Origin: Chloroflexota bacterium
Lineage (GTDB): Bacteria > Chloroflexota > UBA11872 > VXOZ01
Length of the DNA stretch: 64,000 nt
NCBI GenBank assembly: GCA_963663275.1
Contig: OY760183.1
Location: 896,001-960,000, forward strand
Reading direction: 5' to 3'
Position numbers and translations under genes: made by a program. The notes under the pieces are model-generated. The model saw only the letters and a program-made list of their open reading frames with translations, was not told the DNA's origin and did no database searches. Positions 53,239 to 63,439 of this stretch are shown here, piece after piece. Numbering within the stretch: the stretch's first letter is position 1; each line of letters opens with the position of its first letter.

Positions 53239-53367
53239 GGGCGCGTGTGCGTGAGTATGGGTTTACTGTCGTTCGGTTGCACCCGGACGTCTGAGTGCGC
53301 GTGTGCGTGAGTGTCGGTTCATCTTCATCCGGCCGCAGTTGGAAGTGTTAGGGCGCGTGTGCGCGTA

Positions 53368-53792
53368 TCCGTTCATCCTTCGACGCGCTCAGGACGAACG
53401 GATACGCGCCCTGGCGGCGAGGAGTCACCGTAGCGCGGGGGCTTGTCCCCCGCCTCCCCGCCGGGCGCAGGTTACAAACCTACGCTACCAAGGCGGAGGC
53501 GGCGAGGAGTCACCGTAGCGCGGGGGCTCGTCCCCCGCCTCCCCAGCGGCGCAGGTTACAAACCTACGCTACCAAGACGGTCGCAATCAGGTGCGTCACC
53601 GTAGCGCGGGGGCTCGTCCCTAATGTTGTCGCATTAAACGCGGTGAGAATGAAAACTACGCTCGTTTCTCCGGTAGCGCAGGTTCGCACGGGAAGTGCGC
53701 GTAACCTGCGTATTCCGTTGGGTCAATCCATTCCGTTCGCATTTTTCTTGTCCCCCGCCGGCGCCGGGCGCAGGTTACAAACCTACGCTACC
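53368..53792. repeat. Mixed REP cluster
   Basis: Alternating GTAGCGCGGGGGCT(T/C)GTCCCCCGC and GCGCAGGTTACAAACCTACGCTAC units (BIME-like). Confidence 0.8.
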
Positions 53793-53821
53793 GGCGCCCT
53801 GCCAACACCATACCACCGGTG

Positions 53822-53851
53822 TTGACAGTGCTACCGCTGGACGGCTATAGT
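53822..53851 (+). promoter_or_regulatory. Sigma70-type promoter
   Basis: TTGACA-18 nt-TATAGT upstream of 53927. Confidence 0.6.
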
Positions 53852-53926
53852 GATTCCGATACGAGGAGACGTGTTGTGTTCGGCATTCGTTGCGGCATAG
53901 CGGCAGCGCTCTAAGGAGGAAAAGCG

Positions 53927-54370
53927 ATGGCAGACAAGGTCGTACCCCTGATTGGTTCGGGCGAAGCCGGACCCCTGGGAGCAATCCACTTGCCCCGCCT
54001 GTGGCTGAAGGTCACGCTGGCGGCCAATGGCTTGCTGCCCGACGACTACGACGAGTGCGGCGCGGGCTTCGACCAGATGGTGCTGGACGGCCTCGGCGTC
54101 GACCGCGACGCGGCCCTGGACTACCTGCGCTCCAATAAGCCGAACTACCTTGAGTTCGAGCAGTGGGTAGTGGACCAGAACGGCGGCAGCATTGCGGCGG
54201 AGACTATCGACGCCAGCAACGCCGCGATTCGCGGCTACAATCACGGCGACGACGTGGTGGGCGGCATCTGCGACGCCACGGGCCTTGCCAACGACGGCGC
54301 CATCACCGACGCGGTGAGCCTCAACGCCCTGGAGGACTGGCAGGAACTGCACAGCTCGATCAGCGGCTAA
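53927..54370 (+). CDS. DUF5069-like protein
   Basis: AAGGAGG RBS; GPLGAIHLPRLWLK...LPDDY...GFDQMVLDGLGVD. Confidence 0.7.
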   Translation: MADKVVPLIGSGEAGPLGAIHLPRLWLKVTLAANGLLPDDYDECGAGFDQMVLDGLGVDRDAALDYLRSNKPNYLEFEQWVVDQNGGSIAAETIDASNAAIRGYNHGDDVVGGICDATGLANDGAITDAVSLNALEDWQELHSSISG

Positions 54371-54393
54371 CGTACGCATAAGGAAAGACTGCA

Positions 54394-54439
54394 AGCGCCG
54401 TTCGGCCCGACCACCACGGGGGCCGAACGGCGTTTTGTT
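54394..54439 (+). terminator. Intrinsic terminator
   Basis: GCGCCGTTCGGCCC...GGGCCGAACGGCGT hairpin followed by TTTGTT. Confidence 0.7.
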
Positions 54440-54475
54440 AAGCCGCGCTGAGCGCGGACCGAAAGGGAAAAGGTC

Positions 54476-55372
54476 ATGGGAAACGACTTTGGATCGGTTG
54501 GCGTGGTCGGCGTGGGCCGCATGGGCGCGAACATCGCCCGCCACCTGCATGACGAGGACTACGCCGTTACCGCCGTGTACGATACGAACGGCCCAGCCGC
54601 CCAGGAACTTGCCGGGGAGATCGGCGCGGAGGCCTGCGGTTCGCTGGCGCAGGTGACCGGCCTGGCCGATACCGTCATCACCGTCGTCACCGACGACCGG
54701 GCGATGTACGCGATCTTCGCGGAAGAGGGCGACAGCTTGCTGCAAGGCGCGGACGGCACGCTCTTCATCAACTGCGCCACCATCACGCCCCAGGTGCACG
54801 TGGACGTGGAAGCCCGCGCGGCGGCGGCCGGCGCGCAAAGCCTGGAGGCCTGCATGGCCAGCAGCATCACCCAGGCGCGCGAGGGCACGCTCTACCTGAT
54901 GTGCGGCGGCGCTGAGGCGGCTTTCGAGCGCGCCCGGCCGCTGCTGGATACGATGAGCGTCTCGCTGCGCTACGTCGGCGCCGCCGGCACGGCCGCCCAG
55001 GTGAAGGCGCTGGTGAACATGGTGATGAACATCAACACGGCGGGTCTGGCCGAGGGCCTGGGCCTGGGCGAGGCGCTGGGACTGGATAGCGGGATGCTGC
55101 AAGAGGTGTTTTCCCAGACCGGCGCGAACTCGCGGGTGCTGGAAACCGACGGCGAGGACATGGAAGCCCGCGACCACGAGTGCTACTTCTCCGCGGCCCA
55201 CGCCTCCAAGGACTCCGGCATCGCGCTGGATCTGGCGGACGCCGCCGGCCTTGCCCTGCCGCTGGCCAAGGCGACGAAAGCCCAGTACGACCGGATGATC
55301 GACATGGGCCTGGGCGAACTGGATAAGTCCGGCGTGGCGGAACTGACGTATCCCGGCAGAGGCGGCGCGTAA
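54476..55372 (+). CDS. NAD(P)-dependent beta-hydroxyacid dehydrogenase family protein
   Basis: GVGRMGANIA, KALVNMV and KDSGIAL motifs. Confidence 0.9.
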   Translation: MGNDFGSVGVVGVGRMGANIARHLHDEDYAVTAVYDTNGPAAQELAGEIGAEACGSLAQVTGLADTVITVVTDDRAMYAIFAEEGDSLLQGADGTLFINCATITPQVHVDVEARAAAAGAQSLEACMASSITQAREGTLYLMCGGAEAAFERARPLLDTMSVSLRYVGAAGTAAQVKALVNMVMNINTAGLAEGLGLGEALGLDSGMLQEVFSQTGANSRVLETDGEDMEARDHECYFSAAHASKDSGIALDLADAAGLALPLAKATKAQYDRMIDMGLGELDKSGVAELTYPGRGGA

Positions 55373-55375
55373 CCG

Positions 55376-56065
55376 TTGGCGGGGACGCCGCAGTCGTCGG
55401 CGGGGATGCCGCAACCGCTAGCGGAGACGCCGTATCCGATGGTCGCGCAACTGAAGGACAACCTGCTGCTCGTGTTGGGGGCCGTTGCCCTGCTCTGGGC
55501 GGTGGAGGCGGCCAATCTCCTGACGGGGCATCACCTCAACACGTGGGGCATAGTGCCGCGCACCCTCAAGGGACTGCGCGGCATCGCGTTCAGCCCGTTC
55601 CTGCACGCCAATCTCAGCCACCTGCTGGTGAACACGCTGCCGTTTCTGGTGCTGGGCGGGCTGGTGGCCGTGCGCGGCCGGCGGGCGTTCCTGGGCGCGT
55701 CGCTCGTGATCATCCTCTGCGGCGGCGCGGCGGTATGGCTTGTGGGCCGGATGGGCTACCACATTGGCGCCAGCGGCCTCATCTTCGGGTACTTCGGCTA
55801 CCTGGTGGCGCGCGCCTGGTACGAGCGCAGCCTGGGGTCGATTCTCATCGCCCTGGTTACTCTGTTCTTCTACGGCGGCCTGGTGTGGGGTGTGCTGCCC
55901 ACCAACGCCTATATCTCCTGGGAAGGCCATCTCTTTGGCTTGCTGGCCGGCATTCTCGCCGCCCGCTTGCAGGGGGCAAAGGCCAGGAAGAGCAACCGGT
56001 CCGACGATAACCGGCCAAACGAGAATTGGCCTGACGAGTACCGGCGGATGCGGGCATCCAATTGA
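55376..56065 (+). CDS. Rhomboid family intramembrane serine protease
   Basis: PFLHANLSHLLVN, IGASG and SWEGHLFG motifs; start uncertain. Confidence 0.9.
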   Translation: MAGTPQSSAGMPQPLAETPYPMVAQLKDNLLLVLGAVALLWAVEAANLLTGHHLNTWGIVPRTLKGLRGIAFSPFLHANLSHLLVNTLPFLVLGGLVAVRGRRAFLGASLVIILCGGAAVWLVGRMGYHIGASGLIFGYFGYLVARAWYERSLGSILIALVTLFFYGGLVWGVLPTNAYISWEGHLFGLLAGILAARLQGAKARKSNRSDDNRPNENWPDEYRRMRASN

Positions 56066-56141
56066 GCGCCGCCAGCCAGCCTGTGCTACCCTCGATGCTG
56101 CAGCCGCCCCGCCGGGACGCGAACAGTCCCCTCTCCCGCTG

Positions 56142-56300
56142 CTGATAGGGGTATGTAAATGTCATTCCGAGCGGAGCGTCGAACAAGGTTCGCGGAATCT
56201 AGAGATGCTGGTTTTGCAGGGCTGCGTTTTAGATTCCTCACTCCGCTGCGCTCCGTTCGGAATGACACGTGAAGTCGATCATAGAATACATCCCCTATCC
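56142..56300. mobile_element. MITE-like element (diverged copy 5)
   Basis: CTGATAGGGGTATGTA...TACATCCCCTATC ends with compensatory changes; same hairpin body; inside a CCCTCTCCC element. Confidence 0.7.
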
Positions 56301-56421
56301 CCTCTCCCTCAGGGAGAGGGTGAGGGTGAAAGCTGGGGGCAGAATCGTGAAGAGCGAACGCGGGCGGCGCCGCGCTCGATAGCGCATACACATACACGCA
56401 AGCGAAAAGCGAGCAACGAGC

Positions 56422-57597
56422 ATGGATGAAATTCGCATCGGCCTGGTCGGACTCGGTCATCGCGGCCTGCACTGGCTGCGCATCCTGGAACGCATCGAGG
56501 GCTACCGCGTCACGGCGCTGTGCGATCCGATCGCCGCGCTGCACCAACGCGCGCTGGACGCCCTGGAGTCCCGCGATGGCGTGAACGCCTACGCCAACTA
56601 CGAAGACATGCTGGGCGATTCCCGCGTGGACGCGGTGGCCGTGACCGTGCGCTGCCGGGAGCAAGGCGCGCTGGCGGCCATGGCGCTGGAGGCCGGCAAG
56701 CACGTGAATAGCGAGGTGCCGGCGGCGCACACCCTGGAGGATTGCTGGCGCATCGTGCTGGCGCAGGAGCGGTCGGGCCTGGTCTACCAGCTTGGCGAGC
56801 AGACCCGCTTCTGGGGCTACATCGACGCCTGGCGGGACCTCGTGCAGGCGGGTCGGCTGGGCCGCGTCACGTTCTGCGAGGGGCAGTACATCGGCTACTA
56901 CGGCACGCGCCAGTTCTTCCAGAATCCCGCTTCAGGCGAGTTTGCGGCGGTGGAAGACCTGCCGGACAAGCCGGACGCGCGGCCGACCTGGCTCCACACC
57001 ATGCCGCCGATTCATTACCTGCCCCACGAACTCAGCCCGCTCCTGAAAGTGCTGGACGACCGGGTGGTGAGCGTGACCGCCATGAGCACCGGCGCGCCCA
57101 GCTACTCGCACCCGGAGATCGGCCAGCCGGACGTGCAGGCGGCGCTGATGAAAACGGAAAAAGACGCCATCCTGCGGCTGGTCTGCGGCTTCACCCAGCC
57201 GGTCTCCCACGGCATGGGCCACCACTGGTTCCATATCGCGGGCACGAACGGGGTGCTGGAATGGAAGCGCAGCGGCGGCGGCAAACCGCTGATGTGGCTG
57301 GCCGACGGCCAGATGCACGACATGGCGGAGATGGACTGGGGCCACGCCCGCACCGACGCGCCACCCGCCGCCCGCGGCAGCGGCCACGGCGACGCCGACT
57401 ACTACGTCCACGCGTCCTTCCGCGACGCCGTCCTCGGCAAAACCCCACTCGAATTCGACGTCTACCAAGCCATCGACACCGCCGCCCCCGCCATCCTCGC
57501 CGCCGACTCGATAGAACAGGGGACTACGCTGCTGGAGGTCCCCAACTTCCGCCCGGGCCCAGAGCGGCAGAAAGGCGAAATGCCTAGCAAAGAGTGA
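56422..57597 (+). CDS. Gfo/Idh/MocA family oxidoreductase
   Basis: IGLVGLGHRG, AGKHVNSEVP and GHGDAD motifs. Confidence 0.9.
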   Translation: MDEIRIGLVGLGHRGLHWLRILERIEGYRVTALCDPIAALHQRALDALESRDGVNAYANYEDMLGDSRVDAVAVTVRCREQGALAAMALEAGKHVNSEVPAAHTLEDCWRIVLAQERSGLVYQLGEQTRFWGYIDAWRDLVQAGRLGRVTFCEGQYIGYYGTRQFFQNPASGEFAAVEDLPDKPDARPTWLHTMPPIHYLPHELSPLLKVLDDRVVSVTAMSTGAPSYSHPEIGQPDVQAALMKTEKDAILRLVCGFTQPVSHGMGHHWFHIAGTNGVLEWKRSGGGKPLMWLADGQMHDMAEMDWGHARTDAPPAARGSGHGDADYYVHASFRDAVLGKTPLEFDVYQAIDTAAPAILAADSIEQGTTLLEVPNFRPGPERQKGEMPSKE

Positions 57598-57806
57598 TAG
57601 GCAAGTGGATGCAGAATGTGCCTTCAGTCCAACGGGCGCATTTTGCAGCGCGGGACTGGCAGGCAATATACTGACGTAGTAGGCGTGAAGCGAGCAAAGA
57701 GCAGCGTGCGCTTGATATTCTCTTGAGACCACGCATCGACAGTGGCTGGATTGTCACCGGTCTCTCTTCAAAAACCTATCAAGTTTCGCGCGTGAGGAGA
57801 CGTCGC

Positions 57807-58721
57807 TTGAGCGTTCCACACCCGATACCGTATCAGGGCAGCAAGCGGTCGATCGCGCGGTTCATCTTGCCGTATTTTCCCGCAGACGACTCAAACGTGA
57901 GACTGATAGAGCCTTTTGCGGGTTCAGCGGCTATATCGCTAGCGGCGGCGCATGACCGCAAGGCGCAAGACATCGTGCTCAACGATGTCAACAGCGCCCT
58001 CATGAGCCTGTGGGAGGAGATACTGTTGCGCCCCGATGCGCTGGCAGATCGGTATGAAGAGTTTTGGCATGCCCAGCTTGGACGTGAGAGAGAATACTAC
58101 AATCGCATTCGAAGCAGGTTCAATGAGTCTCCCAGTCCGGACTGCTTCCTGTACCTGCTTGCTCGCTGCGTGAAAGCCTCCATACGCTACAACGCGAATG
58201 GAGAGTTCAATCAAAGCCCCGACAACCGCAGAAAGGGCGCTCATCCCGCAACCATGCGACGGCACCTGATCGGCGCTTCGTTGCTGCTTAACGGTAGGAC
58301 GGCTCTTACATGCGGTGACTATCGAGAAGTGCTTGGCAACCTCTTGCCTTCAGATCTTGTCTACATGGATCCCCCTTATCAAGGGGTGTCCAATGACCGC
58401 GATCCGCGTTACGTGGAGGGCATTGATCGGGATGAGTTCATAGAGACGTTGAGCAACCTCAATCGGCGAGAGACCTCGTACATCGTCAGCTACGACGGTA
58501 GAAGTAGCGAAAAGAGTTACGGCGAAATACTGCCGAAATCCTTGCGGTTGACGCGCCTGGAGATCGATGCCGGCCGGTCGTCTCAGGGAACGCTGCTCGG
58601 CAGAGCGACGAAGACGTATGAGTCGCTCTACTTATCACCCGCCTTGTTCAACAGAATTGACATCACCGCATCCAGCCAACCACAGGCTTTTTCTAAGCAA
58701 CTTTCCTTGTCAGGAAGTTGA
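57807..58721 (+). CDS. Dam-like (D12 class) N6-adenine DNA methyltransferase
   Basis: TTG start after GAGGAG; PYQGSKR, EPFAGS and YMDPPY motifs. Confidence 0.92.
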   Translation: MSVPHPIPYQGSKRSIARFILPYFPADDSNVRLIEPFAGSAAISLAAAHDRKAQDIVLNDVNSALMSLWEEILLRPDALADRYEEFWHAQLGREREYYNRIRSRFNESPSPDCFLYLLARCVKASIRYNANGEFNQSPDNRRKGAHPATMRRHLIGASLLLNGRTALTCGDYREVLGNLLPSDLVYMDPPYQGVSNDRDPRYVEGIDRDEFIETLSNLNRRETSYIVSYDGRSSEKSYGEILPKSLRLTRLEIDAGRSSQGTLLGRATKTYESLYLSPALFNRIDITASSQPQAFSKQLSLSGS

Positions 58722-58722
58722 G

Positions 58723-59460
58723 ATGCCGGATACAGATTACCCGAAAGCGTTTCTCGAGCGGCTCAAGTCGGTCACGGGCAGACGTGCGAGAACCGTAATC
58801 GACCACATTCTTGAGCATGGACACATCACAACCGAAGAACTAGAGGTTCTCTACGGCTATAACCATCCGCCGCGAGCGGCCCGCGACGTGCGCGAGAACG
58901 GTATCCCGCTTGAGACGTTCTACGTGCAAAACTCAGAGGGGCAAAGAATAGCCGCATATCGCTTTGGGGACCTTGGGCTCCTTGAAGCAGGAAAACTCGG
59001 CGGTCGCAGAACTTTCTCAAAGGAATTTAAGGATAGGCTTCTTGAAGAGAATGAGAACAGGTGCGCCATTTGTCTGGAAAAGTATGAATCAAGATACCTG
59101 CAAATAGACCATCGGATTCCTTTCGAGGTGGTCGGAGATTCCGATGCGGAGGAGAGACAGGCGGATGCATACATGCTGGTGTGCGGTTCCTGCAACCGAG
59201 CAAAGTCATGGTCGTGCGAGCATTGCGATAACTGGCGAACCATAAAGAAGCCGGACAACTGCGCTTCTTGCTATTGGGCCAGCCCTGAATCGTACTCCCA
59301 CGTGGCGCTTGAAGCGGATCGCAGGATCGATATTGCCTGGAAGGGAGACGAGGTTGATGACTTTGACCGCACTTCCCAAATTGCCGAGAAAGAGGGAGTG
59401 ACGACGCCGGAATATGTGAAGAAGATCATCAGAGAGCATGTTGGCAAGCGTAAAGCGTGA
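58723..59460 (+). CDS. HNH endonuclease, probable type II restriction enzyme paired with the MTase
   Basis: CAIC...QIDHRIP...CGSCNRAK; extra CxxC pairs; N-terminal HTH-like region; 1 bp after the MTase stop. Confidence 0.85.
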   Translation: MPDTDYPKAFLERLKSVTGRRARTVIDHILEHGHITTEELEVLYGYNHPPRAARDVRENGIPLETFYVQNSEGQRIAAYRFGDLGLLEAGKLGGRRTFSKEFKDRLLEENENRCAICLEKYESRYLQIDHRIPFEVVGDSDAEERQADAYMLVCGSCNRAKSWSCEHCDNWRTIKKPDNCASCYWASPESYSHVALEADRRIDIAWKGDEVDDFDRTSQIAEKEGVTTPEYVKKIIREHVGKRKA

Positions 59461-59609
59461 TCCCAGGCTTTCCGGTGCTGTCACACTCGTGCCATTGTCG
59501 CTCGCAATGCCTGTCCCGTCCCCAACTTCTGTCACGGCGATAAGCGTAGGAAGAAGCACTGCCAAGGATAGCGCGATTTGAAACGGTAGGTTTGGTCATT
59601 TATACAAGT

Positions 59610-60071
59610 CTATGTATTAGAATTGACCGTCACTGGTTCTTTGCTTGCGCGCCGTACGATTTGCCGAAACGCTTCGTGCTCTTCAGTCTTGAGGTATCGC
59701 CAAGACTGAGGGACAACAAAACTGTCAAAGAGTTCGCGTAGCACACTAAGCCCAATTGGTTCCTCGTATTCCCAGACATCTTTGATTTCCAAAGCGTGCG
59801 CAGTGGACTGTCCCTCGAAGTAGGTATCGAAGTCCTCCTTGTCAATTGCCGCAAGACCATGTACGCTTCGCCAAACTTCCTCTGGTGGTCCTGACCACAC
59901 TTGCCCCACTCGAAAACCTCCGCGCAGTTCCATAGTTGGACTGGAAACGTAAATGAACACATAGCTGTTCTCTATCTGGGACACAATACGACGCCGGAGT
60001 TCGACCTTCTTCTCGCCTTCGAACACTAGGTCGGCATAGTGTGGCTTTAGAGAGATGAATAGTGGTCTCAT
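59610..60071 (-). CDS. ASCH-domain protein
   Basis: ISLKPHYADLVFEGEKKVELRR...YVSSP...PQSWRYL. Confidence 0.9.
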   Translation of the reverse strand: MRPLFISLKPHYADLVFEGEKKVELRRRIVSQIENSYVFIYVSSPTMELRGGFRVGQVWSGPPEEVWRSVHGLAAIDKEDFDTYFEGQSTAHALEIKDVWEYEEPIGLSVLRELFDSFVVPQSWRYLKTEEHEAFRQIVRRASKEPVTVNSNT

Positions 60072-60078
60072 TGTGGTG

Positions 60079-62091
60079 CTAGTGGTGCGGATACCCTAAC
60101 TGAAACAACTCTTGGAAGATTTCCGGTGACATTTTTGATGGCCCTTGCAGGTTTACACCTCTTCCATGACCTTCGTAGACCGCTCTGATCCTGCTTAACG
60201 GAATTCGTTCTCGAAAGAGGAACGTGTGAGAGAATTGAAGCGCCATCAGTTTTGTTGACATATTACGATTACACATCTCATAGAGGTTATTCCATTCAAG
60301 CACACCGAATCTCTTGAATCTCCTCCAAAGTTCTTTGGGTGTGTCTATCGTAACTTGGTCAAGGCGAGACACGGCAATTACTTGCTTTTGATCGCTTACG
60401 TACCAGAGAAGGCGTGCTGGGGGTCTAAGCATCCTATGGAATGTATTCGCGCGATAGTAAACGTTGCTCCAACGCAGCAATACGGTAATGTCTGCTCCGA
60501 AGAGATCATTAGCTGACCGCTGTCTGTCAAATAAGTGGAGTGCATAAGCGGGGCGGATTGGTATAAGGAAGTGGTTCTGCTCTAGGGCAAGAGACAAGGG
60601 TGAGCAATGTGTTTCTAGCTCCAAGTCACACATTGCTTCGTATTCTGTTCTTGATTCTGGTGAAAGTTCTGCAATCCGCTCCAGTGCCTCAGAACGGCTT
60701 AGGGAGCTTGAGAAGCAGAACCTTACGAGTCCATCGGCACGTGAAGTAAAACCCATCTCCAAGAGTTCTGGCATTAGGAAGGGTGAGACTGACGATGCAC
60801 TAACTTCAACAACATCCTGATTCAATTCCACGGCCTTGGCAAGAGTATCTGCAATCAAGAATCTACCGAAAAGAGTTCGGTTCGTCGAATTCGCTACTCT
60901 GGCCAGGGGTAAGCTAATGGTCCCAGGTGAGTCATTCCGTATGGTTCGGACGATGGCAACATCGTCACCATCTTTCAGCAACTCGCACGTATAACGATCA
61001 GGACTGGCGAGGAAGCGTCCCAAGACCTCCCTAAATCTTCGTTGCTGTTCTCCTTCATTGAGAAAAGAGTCGTGCGGAAAAGAGCGAAAGTCCTCTTGCT
61101 TGAAGCGATGCCATCCAAGACGAAGACCGGCGACTCGGTCAGGACTGTAGGACTGCGCTTCAGTAAGCTGGTGCATCTGGACTATCAACTCGGTTGGAGA
61201 CAGAACCTGGAGGTTTACTAAGTGAGCGATTGCTGGCGCTTTTTTCAACAAGCCTTGATCCCTGGTGACAAAGATGTTCACGTCGGAAGCGGCTGCCTTT
61301 GCCAAATGCCTGATGTCGGATTCTCGACTGGGGTTGTTGCTGGGCAGGACTTGCTTCAAACGGTTAGCACAGTACTCGACCATGTCCAGCTTTGGCTGAA
61401 CTTGCAGGAACTTTTCAGTTCTTGCTCGGTTTAGACCTCTCTGTTCAGGGTCGTCATTGCGATCAATCTCGTTGAGTAACTCATCGGTGATGCAAAGGTT
61501 TAGTGAATCGATCAGGAAGTCAGCAAGCAGCGCCTTAGATGTCGCTGTCTCTCCACTGTCCGGCTCGAAAAAGTGGTAGAACACTTGGGCGTCGATGATG
61601 ACGTCAAGAGCCTCGTCTGAAGTCTGCGCCTTGAACAACTCTAATTCCGGCTGATGATCTGAATGTAAGGCGAGATGCCAATGTGTCAAAAGGTGTCCAG
61701 CCATGGAACGCCCTGGCTTCTCGCCAATAGCTACAAAGCCCAATTTCGGCCACATGTCATTTGCAGGAAAGTCGCGACGGCAATTAAGATCTATGGCGGT
61801 TTGCGTATTGGCGGAGTCCTTTAGCCTCTCAAGGAGTTGCCTCGCGATACCCCTGCCTCTGAAATCTTCCGATACACAGAGTTGTGTAATGCGAAAACGT
61901 TGAGAATTGGACCAGTAGAGAAGGTAACCAGCTAGATTATCGTCAACCTTAGCGCCCAGCACGCCGCCCCTATCCAGGTGATCACGGAGAGCTTCAGCCG
62001 GCAGAAAGCCGAGAGTCTGGCTGTGGCGCTTCATTAGGGTATCTACCGCAGCCAGGTCGGCGATCGTTAGCTTTGAGAACCCTACTTGCAT
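60079..62091 (-). CDS. GNAT + PIN + C-terminal ASCH/EVE(PUA)-like multidomain protein
   Basis: GNAT LCVSEDFRGRGIARQLL...AN.MW.KLGF; PIN IIDAQV...NEI...DIRHLA...FVTRD; C-terminal LIPIRPAYALHLF...NVYYR...LLWYVS. Confidence 0.8.
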   Translation of the reverse strand: MQVGFSKLTIADLAAVDTLMKRHSQTLGFLPAEALRDHLDRGGVLGAKVDDNLAGYLLYWSNSQRFRITQLCVSEDFRGRGIARQLLERLKDSANTQTAIDLNCRRDFPANDMWPKLGFVAIGEKPGRSMAGHLLTHWHLALHSDHQPELELFKAQTSDEALDVIIDAQVFYHFFEPDSGETATSKALLADFLIDSLNLCITDELLNEIDRNDDPEQRGLNRARTEKFLQVQPKLDMVEYCANRLKQVLPSNNPSRESDIRHLAKAAASDVNIFVTRDQGLLKKAPAIAHLVNLQVLSPTELIVQMHQLTEAQSYSPDRVAGLRLGWHRFKQEDFRSFPHDSFLNEGEQQRRFREVLGRFLASPDRYTCELLKDGDDVAIVRTIRNDSPGTISLPLARVANSTNRTLFGRFLIADTLAKAVELNQDVVEVSASSVSPFLMPELLEMGFTSRADGLVRFCFSSSLSRSEALERIAELSPESRTEYEAMCDLELETHCSPLSLALEQNHFLIPIRPAYALHLFDRQRSANDLFGADITVLLRWSNVYYRANTFHRMLRPPARLLWYVSDQKQVIAVSRLDQVTIDTPKELWRRFKRFGVLEWNNLYEMCNRNMSTKLMALQFSHTFLFRERIPLSRIRAVYEGHGRGVNLQGPSKMSPEIFQELFQLGYPHH

Positions 62092-62224
62092 ATCACCCTA
62101 GTTTCTGTTCACCCTATACGCATGAATGTAGCGACCATGTATTCGCTATTATGCCCCATTCAACCGCTTTGTACTGCTGCATCAAGGTCTAGGACTACAC
62201 TTCCATTGGGGTTCTCTTGCAAAC

Positions 62225-63439
62225 TCAATCGGCCACCTTACCAAATCTCCGTTTGCCGACTTGGAAGATTTGGCCCGCTTTGGGGGTGTAGGGGGTGTTG
62301 GTGTCGGTGACGCGGGTGTTGTCCAGGCGGACGGCGCCTTGTTGGACCAGGCGGCGGGCTTCGGAGCGGCTTTTCGCGAGGTTAGTGGCGATAAGGGCGT
62401 CCACGATGGTTTGGGACTGGAGCAGGGCGTCGTTTAGGGGGATTTCCGGGATGTCGGTTGGTAAAGCGCCCTGGCGGAACATGCGGATGAACTCGGCCTC
62501 GGCGGACTCAGCGGCGGCGGCATCGTGGAACTGGGTCACGATTTCGCGGGCGAGTTGGGCTTTCACGTCGCGGGGATTCTTTTTCTCCGCAGCCATCTCC
62601 GCAAACATCTCATCCAGCGAAGCCATAGGAATGTCCGTCAGCGTCTCGAAGTAGGCGCGCATCACGTCGTCGGAGAGCGACATCACCTTGCCGTACATGT
62701 CGTGCGGCGGGTCGGTGATCGCCACGTAGTTATCGTAGCTCTTGCTCATCTTGCGCGTGCCGTCGGTGCCCACCAGCAGCGGCCAAGTGAGGAACTGCTG
62801 CGGCGGCAGGCCGTGGGCGGGCATGATGTCGCGGGCCACCTGGAAGTTGAAATACTGGTCGGTGCCGCCCAGTTCCACGTCGGCCTCGATGGCCACCGAA
62901 TCGTACGCTTGCAGCAGGGGATATAAAAATTCCACCACGGAGACGGCTTGGCCGCCGCCGTAGCGGGTGGCGAAGTCGTCGCGGTCCAGCATACGGTTCA
63001 CCGTGTACTTGGCGCAGAGGCGCACCACGTCTTCCAGGGCGAAATCCTCGAACCACGCGGTCTGCCAGGCGATTTCCAGCTTGTCCACGTCCACGATTTT
63101 GCCCATCTGGTCCAGATACGTCTGGGCGTTGGCCTGCACCTCAGCGGCGCTGAGCATCTGGCGCGTGGCGGAGCGGCCCGACGGATCGCCGATGCGGGCG
63201 GTCCAGTCGCCGATGATGATGATCACGCGATGCCCCAACGCCTGGAACTGCCGGATTTTGCGGAAGCCCACCGCGTGGCCCAGGTGCAGGTCGGGCCGGC
63301 TGGGGTCCACGCCGAACTTGATGCGCAGGGGCTTGCCCGCCCGCAGCATGCGTTCCAGGTCGTCCCGCACCACCGCGTCCACCACGCCGCGGCTCAGCAG
63401 GGTTTGCAGGGCCGCCTCCGAAGTCTGTACCGTCGCCAT
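62225..63439 (-). CDS. tyrS: Tyrosine--tRNA ligase
   Basis: GVDPSRPDLHLGH, YPLLQAYD, GGTDQ, KMSKS and a C-terminal S4 domain. Confidence 0.97.
   Translation of the reverse strand: MATVQTSEAALQTLLSRGVVDAVVRDDLERMLRAGKPLRIKFGVDPSRPDLHLGHAVGFRKIRQFQALGHRVIIIIGDWTARIGDPSGRSATRQMLSAAEVQANAQTYLDQMGKIVDVDKLEIAWQTAWFEDFALEDVVRLCAKYTVNRMLDRDDFATRYGGGQAVSVVEFLYPLLQAYDSVAIEADVELGGTDQYFNFQVARDIMPAHGLPPQQFLTWPLLVGTDGTRKMSKSYDNYVAITDPPHDMYGKVMSLSDDVMRAYFETLTDIPMASLDEMFAEMAAEKKNPRDVKAQLAREIVTQFHDAAAAESAEAEFIRMFRQGALPTDIPEIPLNDALLQSQTIVDALIATNLAKSRSEARRLVQQGAVRLDNTRVTDTNTPYTPKAGQIFQVGKRRFGKVAD

Noticed and set aside
59460-59610. Possible gene remnant between HNH and ASCH
   Set aside because: Too short and unrecognisable to support a call.
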